Source: an uncultured Spirochaetota bacterium
GTDB lineage: Bacteria; Spirochaetota; Spirochaetia; SZUA-6; Fen-1364
Reading direction: 5' to 3'
Assembly (NCBI GenBank): GCA_963745235.1
Contig: CAVUXE010000099.1
Location: forward strand, 165,431 to 229,430
DNA length: 64,000 nt
Shown here: positions 22,323 through 30,307 of the stretch, one piece after another
Position numbering within the stretch: the first letter of the stretch is position 1
Layout: each line of letters begins with the position of its first letter
The notes under the pieces: generated by a model
Database searches by the model: none
What the model was told of the DNA's origin: nothing
Seen by the model: the letters and a program-made list of their open reading frames with translations, nothing else
Made by a program: the position numbers and the translations under genes

Positions 22323-23349
22323 GGGTCTGCCTCCCGGAGTCCTGGAGCTCGCGGACAATCCGCAGGTAGCTCTCGTAGCGATCGCCGTGGATCTCCCCTG
22401 TCTCCACCGCGGACAGGACAGCGCAGCCAGGCTCGCCGGCGTGGAGGCAGGGCTGGAACTCGCACCCCCCCATGAAGGGCAGGAAGTCCCTGAAGTGAAA
22501 GCCCACCTCCTCTGGCAGGATTTCAGCGAGCTCCAGCTCCCTGACACCCGGTGTGTCGATGATTCGAAGGCGGTCGTCGAGAACGAGCAGGGAAGAGTAG
22601 TTCGTCGTGTGGTTGCCCCTGTCATGCTTCAGCGACAGGGCACCCACCTTGAGGTTGAGGTCAGGCGACAACGCGTTGAGCAGGGATGACTTGCCCACGC
22701 CGGACTGACCCACAAATACCGCGGTCTTTCCGCGAAGGACCTCCGCGAGCTCGGGGACCCCCTGGCCCGTCTTCGCGGAACAGGAATGCACCACGTACCC
22801 CATGCGCGCGTAGTGCTCGAGCCTCTCCGTTGTGTCCGGAAGGCTTGGCAGGTCCGCCTTGTTGAGCACAACCACCGGCGCGAGCGCGCCGGCCTCCGCG
22901 GCAACGATGACCCTGTCGATGAACCGCGGCCGAAACGGAGGAGATGCGGGGCAGGAGACGCAGACTGCAAGGTCCGCATTTGCCGCCAGGACCTGCGGCG
23001 CCCTACCCTTCTTGTTCCAGCGCGTCAGGTTGGTTGTTCTCTCACGGATCTCGGTGATGAGACCTTCTTTCGGATTCAAGGGATCACGAACGATCTCCAC
23101 GACGTCGCCGGGGGCTATGGGGTTGTACGCCTCTCGACGCGGGGTCCCGCGCTTCCTCTCCGGCGGCGGGGCCCCCTCCATTTCCTCCGGGAGCGGCACG
23201 GCGCTCAATCTCTCCCGGCGCGTCTTGGCAGACCAGGTGCCGCTCAGGACCTTGCCCTTGATCCTGCACTGAACCAGCGCGCCCTCCGCGCGGACGCAGT
23301 AGATCGTGTTGATGCCGTACAGCACCTCGGCGAGCACCGTCTCAGGCAT
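22315..23349 (-). CDS. rsgA: Ribosome small subunit-dependent GTPase RsgA
   Basis: NKADL, GQSGVGKSSL, RGNHTT, DTPG, CEFQPCLHAGEPGC. Confidence 0.95.
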   Translation of the reverse strand: MPETVLAEVLYGINTIYCVRAEGALVQCRIKGKVLSGTWSAKTRRERLSAVPLPEEMEGAPPPERKRGTPRREAYNPIAPGDVVEIVRDPLNPKEGLITEIRERTTNLTRWNKKGRAPQVLAANADLAVCVSCPASPPFRPRFIDRVIVAAEAGALAPVVVLNKADLPSLPDTTERLEHYARMGYVVHSCSAKTGQGVPELAEVLRGKTAVFVGQSGVGKSSLLNALSPDLNLKVGALSLKHDRGNHTTNYSSLLVLDDRLRIIDTPGVRELELAEILPEEVGFHFRDFLPFMGGCEFQPCLHAGEPGCAVLSAVETGEIHGDRYESYLRIVRELQDSGRQTRG

Positions 23350-23354
23350 CGAGG

Positions 23355-24211
23355 TCAGATTGCGCCGGCCAGGCGCAGGCCAAACTGCGCGGCGAAGTAT
23401 CCGTAGCGCTCCTCGATGGGGGATGTACCCGTGACATACAAGAGGTCGGGTTCCCTGCTGGACTCGCGGGCCGCTGGACTCCTGACCGCCGCCGCGTGGC
23501 CCTTGCGGATCGCCGCCGTTCTCCGCCCCCGCTCAGCGCCAGGAGACGCTGCACCTGGCGTGCCACCCCGTCGCGGGAATCCACCAGCGCTATCCCCTCG
23601 TCATTCAAGAGGTGCCTGAACTCCGGCTCCAGGTGAAGAAAATGCGTGCAGCCCAGCACCAGGGTATCGATGCCGGCGCTGCGGAAGCGCTCCACTTCCG
23701 TGCGCACCCGGGCCGTCTTTTCCTCCGGCGTGCAGCGCTCCATGGCCTGCTCGACGAACTCTACAAGGCCGGCCGCGGGGAGGCTCACCACCGTGCAGCT
23801 CGCGGCGTGCTCGTGGATCAGGGAACGCAGGTACTCACCCTCCACCGTCCTGCGCGTTGCAAGGACCCCCACGCGGCGGCGGCGTGAAAGCGCGGCGGCA
23901 GGCTTGACGGCTGGGACGACACCCACGAAAGGCAGGGGGAACTCCCGGCGCAGCACATCCAAAGCGACCACGGAGGCCGTGTTGCAGGCAACAACCACGA
24001 GCCGCGGGTGCTCGCGCTCCACGATCCGCCGGGTCAGGCCCGCTGACAACGTGAACCACGCGGTCCGCGCTTTTCTCGCCATAGGGGAAGTTCTCCCGAT
24101 CCACCGCGTAGACATATCGCTCGCCCGGGAGAAGAGAGCGGGTGCTTGCGAGGTAGGGAAGCCCGCCGATGCCGGAGTCCAGGAAAGCGATGGGCGGGCG
24201 GCCCGCGGCAC
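23355..24211 (-). CDS. murI: Glutamate racemase (apparent frameshifts; start uncertain)
   Basis: FLDSGIGGL...FPYGEKS (23835..24551 frame), VACNTAS and LGCTHF catalytic Cys motifs (23342..24211 frame); C-terminus reads ...FGLRLAGAI* in a third frame ending at 23355. Confidence 0.88.
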
Positions 24212-24217
24212 GGGTCT

Positions 24218-24551
24218 CTATCCCATTGCCGAAGAGCTGGTCGAGCTTCCGCCTGGCTTTTTCTTTCGCATCAGCGCCTGCGTCGGCACCGGGTGCCTTC
24301 TCCGGGGAGCTGCGGAAAACGAAAAATGTGCAGAAATTGGCCCTGTCCTTCTCGTTGACGGGCTCGTCGATGGTCTCGGCGCAGTCCCAGTGCGCGCCGG
24401 GGCTGTAGAAGCGGCAGTTCAGGCAGATCTTGAGGTCCCGCTTGCACGACGAGCAGGTCGACGAGCGGTACACCTCGCGCGGGTTTTCAACGGGTGTCCC
24501 GCAGAAATGACACGCCGGACCACCGGCGCCTTTTGCAGTTCCTTCCGCCAT
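24218..24551 (-). CDS. Cys-rich putative zinc-binding hypothetical protein
   Basis: CHFC, CSSC, CLNCRFY, C...EPVNEKDRANFCTFF; as assembled it reads through into the murI N-terminus. Confidence 0.7.
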
Positions 24552-24580
24552 GGGCAGGCCCAGTATATCCCGCGCTCCCG

Positions 24581-24609
24581 TTGCCTACAAGAGCAGCCAC
24601 GTGTACCCT
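24581..24609 (+). promoter_or_regulatory. Putative leaderless promoter for the pentapeptide-repeat gene
   Basis: TTGCCT-17-TACCCT, 7 nt before ATG 24617. Confidence 0.45.
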
Positions 24610-24616
24610 TGCGTCG

Positions 24617-25210
24617 ATGTACGTCCCTCGCCCCTGCGCGGAGAAGGGCTGCGGCAGGCCCGCCCTGGCGGAGTCCAACAACTGCGTGGTCCATCATCCC
24701 GATGCCGTCGCGCACGTGAAGGAGATACTGAAAGCCGCTCGAAGCTCATCGGGCCTGCGTGACCTCGACCTCGCGGGGATCACGATCCAGGATGAGGACC
24801 TGTCGGGCCTGCAGATCTCCGGCTGCCGCCTCACCGCGGCCACCCTCACGCGCGTCAAGCTTGCCGGCGCGTTCATCCAGCTGTCATTCCTGGACCGCGC
24901 GACCCTGCGGGAGTGCGATGTCACACGCGTAAGCATCATCAACGCCGTCTTCGCGGGGTCCCGCGTGGAAAACTGCCCCTTCGAAGACTCCGAGATCATC
25001 CAGGGCAATTTCCTCGGGATTCGCGGCGTCGCGGTTTCCTTCGACCACTCCGACCTGTATGGCTCGCGCTTCATCGGCTCCTGGCTGGACAAGGTGAGCA
25101 TGAGGGACTGCAACCTCACGCGCGCGCACTTCGATTCAGCTCACCGCGCAGTGGTTGACTTTCATATGTCCAACACCAACGAGGCCCTGTTCATCGAGGA
25201 AGAGCCATGA
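24617..25210 (+). CDS. Pentapeptide-repeat protein with N-terminal Cys/His cluster
   Basis: CAEKGC...CVVH followed by five-residue repeats (DLSGL, AVFAG, SDLYGSRFIGS, CNLTRAHF). Confidence 0.85.
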   Translation: MYVPRPCAEKGCGRPALAESNNCVVHHPDAVAHVKEILKAARSSSGLRDLDLAGITIQDEDLSGLQISGCRLTAATLTRVKLAGAFIQLSFLDRATLRECDVTRVSIINAVFAGSRVENCPFEDSEIIQGNFLGIRGVAVSFDHSDLYGSRFIGSWLDKVSMRDCNLTRAHFDSAHRAVVDFHMSNTNEALFIEEEP

Positions 25211-25776
25211 AGTTCTTTTCCCTCTTTTCCGGTGCCGGCATGGCAAACTCGTATCTCGTTGGCCCGGACGAGGGCGGGGATGCCTTCCTGGTCGACCCCG
25301 GTGTGTTCGACGCATCACTGCTGCAGGCCGTGGAGGACAACCGCCTGTTTGTCCGCTGGATCCTGGTCACCCACGCGCACAGCGGGCACATGAACGGAAT
25401 CAGGTCACTTCTGAAGGTCTATGACGCCGCCATCTACGCCAACCAGCCCAGCATCCTGGACGTTCCGGCGCGGCATGTCGAAGAAGCGCACCAGCTTTCC
25501 CTTGGTGACTTCCGGGTTCGCGTCATAGAAACCCCCGGCCATTCCATCGACTCCGTGTCGTATCTCCTGGGTCACATGCTTTTCACGGGAGATCTTCTCT
25601 CAGCGGGATCCATCGGAAAGACGCGTGACGGCTACGCCCGCGGGCTTCTCCTGGCGACGGTGCGAAAGAAGATCCTGCCCCTCGGGGACGAGGTCCTGGT
25701 GTTCCCGGGACACGGCCCGCCCTCGAAGATCGGGATCGAGAAGCTCTACAACCCCTTCCTGGGGGAGAAGCTCTGA
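25207..25776 (+). CDS. MBL-fold metallo-hydrolase (glyoxalase II-like)
   Basis: THAHSGH (variant of HxHxDH), TPGHS, FTGD, PGHG. Confidence 0.88.
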   Translation: MKFFSLFSGAGMANSYLVGPDEGGDAFLVDPGVFDASLLQAVEDNRLFVRWILVTHAHSGHMNGIRSLLKVYDAAIYANQPSILDVPARHVEEAHQLSLGDFRVRVIETPGHSIDSVSYLLGHMLFTGDLLSAGSIGKTRDGYARGLLLATVRKKILPLGDEVLVFPGHGPPSKIGIEKLYNPFLGEKL

Positions 25777-26702
25777 AGCTGATCCATCACCGCCCGCATG
25801 CGCGCCGGAAGCGGAGATTCGAAAACGCGCGGGACCTCCTCACCGGGGATGACAATGGTGAGCCTTCGCGCGTGCAGCATCAGCGTGACATCGGGGAATC
25901 CAGGGTCTCGCCGCGCGTACAAAGGGTCGCCCAGGATGGGCGTCCGCAGGTGGCGCATGTGCACGCGCAGCTGGTGCGTCCGCCCTGTCCGCGGAGCAAG
26001 GGCCACCAGGCTGTAGCCTTCAAACATGCGGAGGACCTTCCAGGAAGTGACGGCAACCCGGCCTCCCGTGCGGACGCAGGTAAACCTCTTGCGATTTCTT
26101 GGATCCCGGGCAATGCGGGTCTCCACGGACCCTGACGCCGGCGCGGGCAGTCCCTTCACGATGGCAACGTATCTCTTCTTCACCGTCCTGGCCTGGAATT
26201 GCCGCGCCAGGAAGTCATGCGAGGCGGCGTTCTTTGCAACGATGATCACCCCGGAAGTGTCCTTGTCCAGCCTGTGCACGATGCCGGGACGTGGGTCCCC
26301 CGGCTCGAACTCCTTCCGCAGCTCGTGCGCGCGCGCCGCGACGTGAAACAGGAGCGCATTCACAAGCGTGCCTGTCGGGTTGCCGCTGCCCGGATGCGTA
26401 ACCATGCCCTGCGGCTTGTCCACGACGATCACGTCAGAGTTTTCGAAAATCACCGACAGGGGGATATCCTCGGGTTCAAGGTCGGGCCCGGGCGCCTCGG
26501 CCCATGTCAGGGATATCCTGTCCCCCAATTTCAGCTTCTTTGCCAGCCGGACGGGCGCCCCATTCACGGTCACGGAGAGGATCCTGGCCCGCGCCTGGCT
26601 GCGGGAAAAGAGCGCGAGCCGCTCCGCCAGGAAGACGTCCAGGCGCATCCCGGAACAGGCAGGATCATGGACCGTGGCCTCAAGGCTTCTTGGAGGTTGC
26701 AT
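25746..26702 (-). CDS. rluD: RluA/RluD family pseudouridine synthase with S4 domain
   Basis: RLDVFL S4 domain, VDKPQGMVTHP, IVHRLDKDTSG, TGRTHQLRVH, LGDPLY. Confidence 0.93.
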   Translation of the reverse strand: MQPPRSLEATVHDPACSGMRLDVFLAERLALFSRSQARARILSVTVNGAPVRLAKKLKLGDRISLTWAEAPGPDLEPEDIPLSVIFENSDVIVVDKPQGMVTHPGSGNPTGTLVNALLFHVAARAHELRKEFEPGDPRPGIVHRLDKDTSGVIIVAKNAASHDFLARQFQARTVKKRYVAIVKGLPAPASGSVETRIARDPRNRKRFTCVRTGGRVAVTSWKVLRMFEGYSLVALAPRTGRTHQLRVHMRHLRTPILGDPLYARRDPGFPDVTLMLHARRLTIVIPGEEVPRVFESPLPARMRAVMDQLQSFSPRKGL

Positions 26703-27072
26703 TCCACCTGCCAACCATGAAGTCCACCGCCGCAACGGAAATGGAAAGACCCACCGCGGAGACGATGACCCAGGCCTGCTCCTGCGCCGTCAGGTTGATC
26801 GTGCTGCCCGTGTTGAAAGGCCACGGCGCGTACGGCGCGGCGAGCCCGGTGTTGAAGTAGCGATACATTTCATAGGACTCAAGGGAGAGGAAGAGGGTTA
26901 TCGGGAAAGACCCGACCATGATGACTTCCGCCCTCCACAAATCCTTCATCCACCCCTTGAACTCATCCGGGGAATATGGCTGCGGTTGATGATCCTGCGC
27001 GAAGAGCCCGACGGAGCCGCACGCCAGGAACACGCAGGCAAGCAGGAGGAGCACTGCGCGGCGTCCGCTCAC
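26680..27072 (-). CDS. Hypothetical membrane protein
   Basis: Signal peptide, PYSPDEF...DLWRAEVIMVGSFP, C-terminal TM; overlaps both neighbours. Confidence 0.7.
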   Translation of the reverse strand: MSGRRAVLLLLACVFLACGSVGLFAQDHQPQPYSPDEFKGWMKDLWRAEVIMVGSFPITLFLSLESYEMYRYFNTGLAAPYAPWPFNTGSTINLTAQEQAWVIVSAVGLSISVAAVDFMVGRWNATSKKP

Positions 27073-27798
27073 GCGGGTGCTCTCCGGCCGAACAAAGCGG
27101 TCCCGATCCTCACAAGAGTCGAGCCTTCCTCGATTGCCGTCTCGAAGTCCCCCGACATGCCCATTGAAAGAATGTCGAAAGCCGGAAACGAACCGCCCGC
27201 CCTGATCTCCTCGAAGAGCTCACGCAGGAGAGCAAACGATTTTCGCACAGCCGCGGTATCATTCGTGAGGGGGCCCACGGTCATCAGGCCGCGCAGCTTC
27301 AGGTGGGGCAGATGTGCCAGAGAATCGAGGGCCGAAAGCAGCTCTTCTCGGGAGTGAAACCCGGATTTTGAGGCCTCTCCGCTGGTGTTCAGCTCCAGAA
27401 GCATGTCCATGGATTTCTCCTGCTCCGCCATTCGCGACTCCAGTGCCGCGGCAGTCTCCTCCTTGTCGACGGACTGAATACAGGAAAAAAGCCCTATGGC
27501 CGCCCGGGCCTTGTTGCGCTGCAGGTGCCCGATGAGATGGAGCTCGAGCTCAGCGGTGATTTCTCCGTACTTCAGCTCTGCTTCCTGGACCCGGTTCTCT
27601 CCCAGGAGGGTGATCCCTGCATCAATTGCCGCCTCTGCCGTCTCTTTCGGGAAGCCCTTTGTCACGGCCATCGAGCCGGACCCGAGAGGGGTCCCTGCCC
27701 GCACGACGCGCCGCCGCCTCGATTCGGTTCCGCACCTCCGGGAGCGCGCGAGCAAGAAAAGCTCTGGACCCGGCGCCTGAGACAGCCTCTTCTACCAA
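27069..27798 (-). CDS. yggS: YggS/PLPBP pyridoxal-phosphate homeostasis protein (N-terminal frameshift near 27670; start approximate)
   Basis: VRNRIEAAARRAGRDPSRVRL in an alternate frame, then MAVTK...GENRVQE...HLIGHLQRNK...LSMGMSGDF...GSTLVRIGTALFG. Confidence 0.9.
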
Positions 27799-28331
27799 GA
27801 ATACCTCCGGATCTGCGGATACGCCTGCGCAACGGCGAAGGAAAGGGGCAGGCCAAGCACGACTCCGGCGGCGCTCTGAAGGACGTTTCCCGGCGCCTCG
27901 GCAAGAGCCGCTCGGATTCCTATGAGAAGGATCCCGCCGACAAAATACCCCGCGGTCATGATGACAACGCCGGCGAGCCCGGCTGCCGCCGCCCTGGGTA
28001 GCGCGACCACGGGCACGTTGCTCGGGCGGGCGCGGGCCACAATCCCAATGGCGAGGCCCTCGAGCCCATGCACGACAAGAGAGACAGGGGCCCACTGAGC
28101 ATATGACCCTATCAGGTCAGCGAGCCCGGTCCCGACGCCGCCCGCAATGAGCGCGGAGAAAGGACCGAAGGTGAACGCGATGAAGGCGATGGCCATGTCC
28201 CCGAGGTTGAAATAGCCCGTGGCGGGCGACGGAACCCTGATGAATATCGTAAAGACGGTGGTCACTGCCGCCAGGATGGCAACCGAGGCCACGCGAAAAA
28301 CGGGTGAAATGACCGACGCATCCTTCTGCAC
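27792..28331 (-). CDS. ECF transporter substrate-specific (S) component
   Basis: GYFNLGD...GGVGTGLADLIGSYAQWAPVSLVVHGLEG; about 5-6 TM; TATAAT and GGAGGT upstream. Confidence 0.88.
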   Translation of the reverse strand: MQKDASVISPVFRVASVAILAAVTTVFTIFIRVPSPATGYFNLGDMAIAFIAFTFGPFSALIAGGVGTGLADLIGSYAQWAPVSLVVHGLEGLAIGIVARARPSNVPVVALPRAAAAGLAGVVIMTAGYFVGGILLIGIRAALAEAPGNVLQSAAGVVLGLPLSFAVAQAYPQIRRYSW

Positions 28332-28449
28332 ACCTGACCTCCGGCCGCTGGATAATTATACCCGGGCAGGTTCCCTCCGGGAAGCCAGAGGCATTGCAGA
28401 CACCTTGCAAGCCGATGGAATGCGGGAGATGCAACAACAGTGTCGGCGG

Positions 28450-28614
28450 TCAGGGGGAGCGCGGAGGTGGCTCACCGCCGGGGGCCGGGTGGGCCGCCTT
28501 TGATTTGAGTTTTTTCGCCGTTTTCAGGAGCTTGACGACCCAGAAGGCAAACCACGACAGTGACAAAAGGAGGGGAACGCCGAGCAGGAGTATCTTGGCC
28601 AGGGTCGTGTTCAC
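28450..28614 (-). CDS. Small (54 aa) single-pass membrane protein, not in the ORF track
   Basis: GTG 28614 to TGA 28450: MNTTLAKILLLGVPLLLSLSWFAFWVVKLLKTAKKLKSKAAHPAPGGEPPPRSP. Confidence 0.5.
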   Translation of the reverse strand: MNTTLAKILLLGVPLLLSLSWFAFWVVKLLKTAKKLKSKAAHPAPGGEPPPRSP

Positions 28615-28657
28615 GGCTCATTCGACCATAGCGTAATCAGGCCCGCACAGCAACACA

Positions 28658-28681
28658 GAGGCCCCGCTTGCGCGGGGCCTC
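28658..28681 (-). terminator. Hairpin terminator downstream of the 28703..29263 gene
   Basis: Perfect 10-bp stem GAGGCCCCGC/GCGGGGCCTC with GCAA loop, followed by TGTGTT on the minus strand. Confidence 0.7.
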
Positions 28682-28702
28682 CAGGCTCGTTCAGAGCGTG
28701 GC

Positions 28703-29263
28703 CTACAGGTTGAACTTCAGCCCGACTCCGTACAGGGAGTAGAATCCGAAATAGGAGTAGTCAAGCAGCAGGGAAATGTTCTCGGAAAAATGCCATGCAA
28801 GGCCGTCTGCCGTGGCAAAGCCGAAGCCGGTGCCGGTGCCGTAGCTGTAGTAGCCGTAGTTCGCGGTAGATCCAGAGATGCCGAGACCCAGCCCACCGTA
28901 CCACTCGAACTTCAGCGGTCCGCCTCCGTCGATTCCCCAGTGCAGGGTCACGAGCGGGCCGAAGCCCCAGTCCGTCCACGTGAACCCGCCGAAGTTCGCA
29001 AACCCGACGAGGCCCTTTACCGCGATGCCCCACTCCAGGGGAATCCCTGAGACGTCGAAATTCCCAAGGATGAACTCTGGTCCGCCGCCCACGTCGATGC
29101 CGTAGTAGTAGAAACCGACCGCCGCGTAGAGGTTCACCTGCCCGGTCCTGTCAAACGACGCCATCCACGGATACGCCCTGCTCTTTTGCTCAAACGCAAA
29201 TGCGCCCACCGCGGAAAGCATCAGGAGCACCACAGCTGCCGCAAGAACGATTCTTCTGTTCAT
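28703..29263 (-). CDS. Putative small outer-membrane beta-barrel protein
   Basis: Signal peptide (…AVGAFA), Gly/aromatic alternating strands, C-terminal YGVGLKFNL. Confidence 0.7.
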   Translation of the reverse strand: MNRRIVLAAAVVLLMLSAVGAFAFEQKSRAYPWMASFDRTGQVNLYAAVGFYYYGIDVGGGPEFILGNFDVSGIPLEWGIAVKGLVGFANFGGFTWTDWGFGPLVTLHWGIDGGGPLKFEWYGGLGLGISGSTANYGYYSYGTGTGFGFATADGLAWHFSENISLLLDYSYFGFYSLYGVGLKFNL

Positions 29264-29338
29264 TCTCTACCCCCCTTCTGTCAGATGCTTTCAAAGATTT
29301 TCAGGATTGGCAAGCGAGTCAAGATAATTCTTGCAGCG

Positions 29339-30304
29339 TCAGCGGGTGCGATGCAGCAGCTTCTCGGTCACCGCTTCCAGCGCAGCCCGCGGCTGGCCGC
29401 AGGGAAGGTGGGAGATCTCCCGCAGGGAACGCTCCGTATAGCGTTCGGCGAGCTCCCGCGCCCTGGCGATGCCTCCCCTTTCCACGATGAGCGCGGCTGT
29501 CCGGGACAGGGACCGCCGGGAGCGGGGTCGGCGGGAGAGTGCAGCGGCCAGCCGTCCGTCGTCATTCTTCAGCCCGAGGATGGTCGGGAGGTGTAGATGC
29601 CTTCAGCAAGATCACGTCCGGTCGGCTTGCCCGTGTCCGCACCGGGCCCCTCGAAATCCAGGATATCGTCGATGATCTGGAATCCCATGCCCAGGCAGTA
29701 CCCCAGCCTGCGCAGCCTGCTGCACATCTCCGGGGGACAGCCGCTTTCATGCGCCCCGACATGGAACGACAGGGCAAAAAGGGCGGCGGTCTTTCCGGCG
29801 ATGCGCCTGAAGGTAGCGCCGGACGCTCGTGCTGACCCGGTGCCTGTCCGCGGACTGGCTGACCTCGCTCCCGCAGATGCGGGCGACCATCTGCGACAGG
29901 GCGCGGGAGTTTTCCACCGCGGCAAAGTCCGCAACCATTGAAAAGCACGATGCGAACAGCCAGTCGCCGACCAGGACGGCCGTTCGCGGCCCCCGCAGCG
30001 CGTGAAGCGTCGCCACCCCTCGGCGAAGCGCGGCGCCGTCTATGATGTCGTCGTGGGCGAGAGTGGCCATGTGGAGCATTTCGATTGCGGCGGCAATCCG
30101 CGTTATGCGGTCCGCCGGGGGCGCTCCGAACTGGGATGCCAGGATCACGAAAGCGGGGCGCAGCATCTTGCCGTTGGATTCGAGGAGCTGGCTGACTGAC
30201 GCCTGCACGTCACTGTCGTCGCTTTGCGCGCTGTCTCGAATGGCCTGTCGTACGTCTTCCAGCTGCCGGGCAAGCCCGGGATGCTCATCCCAGAATCCGC
30301 TCAT
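29339..30304 (-). CDS. Polyprenyl (heptaprenyl-like) diphosphate synthase, HepT/DmkB family (several apparent frameshifts)
   Basis: GKMLRP, HMATLAHDDIID..RRG, AVLVGD, GKTAALF, GMGFQIIDDILD, GKPTGRDL; ends ...EKLLHRTR* at 29339. Confidence 0.88.
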
Positions 30305-30307
30305 CTG

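Noticed and set aside
24617-25210. Pentapeptide-repeat protein as a Qnr quinolone-resistance gene
   Set aside because: Sits in a housekeeping context coupled to an MBL hydrolase and has a Cys/His N-terminal domain; no evidence for Qnr identity.
28332-28449. Riboswitch upstream of the ECF S component (also checked for a cobalamin element near pduO)
   Set aside because: No TPP, FMN or B12 consensus seen; the promoter-like TATAAT lies too close to the RBS, and pduO overlaps its upstream gene.
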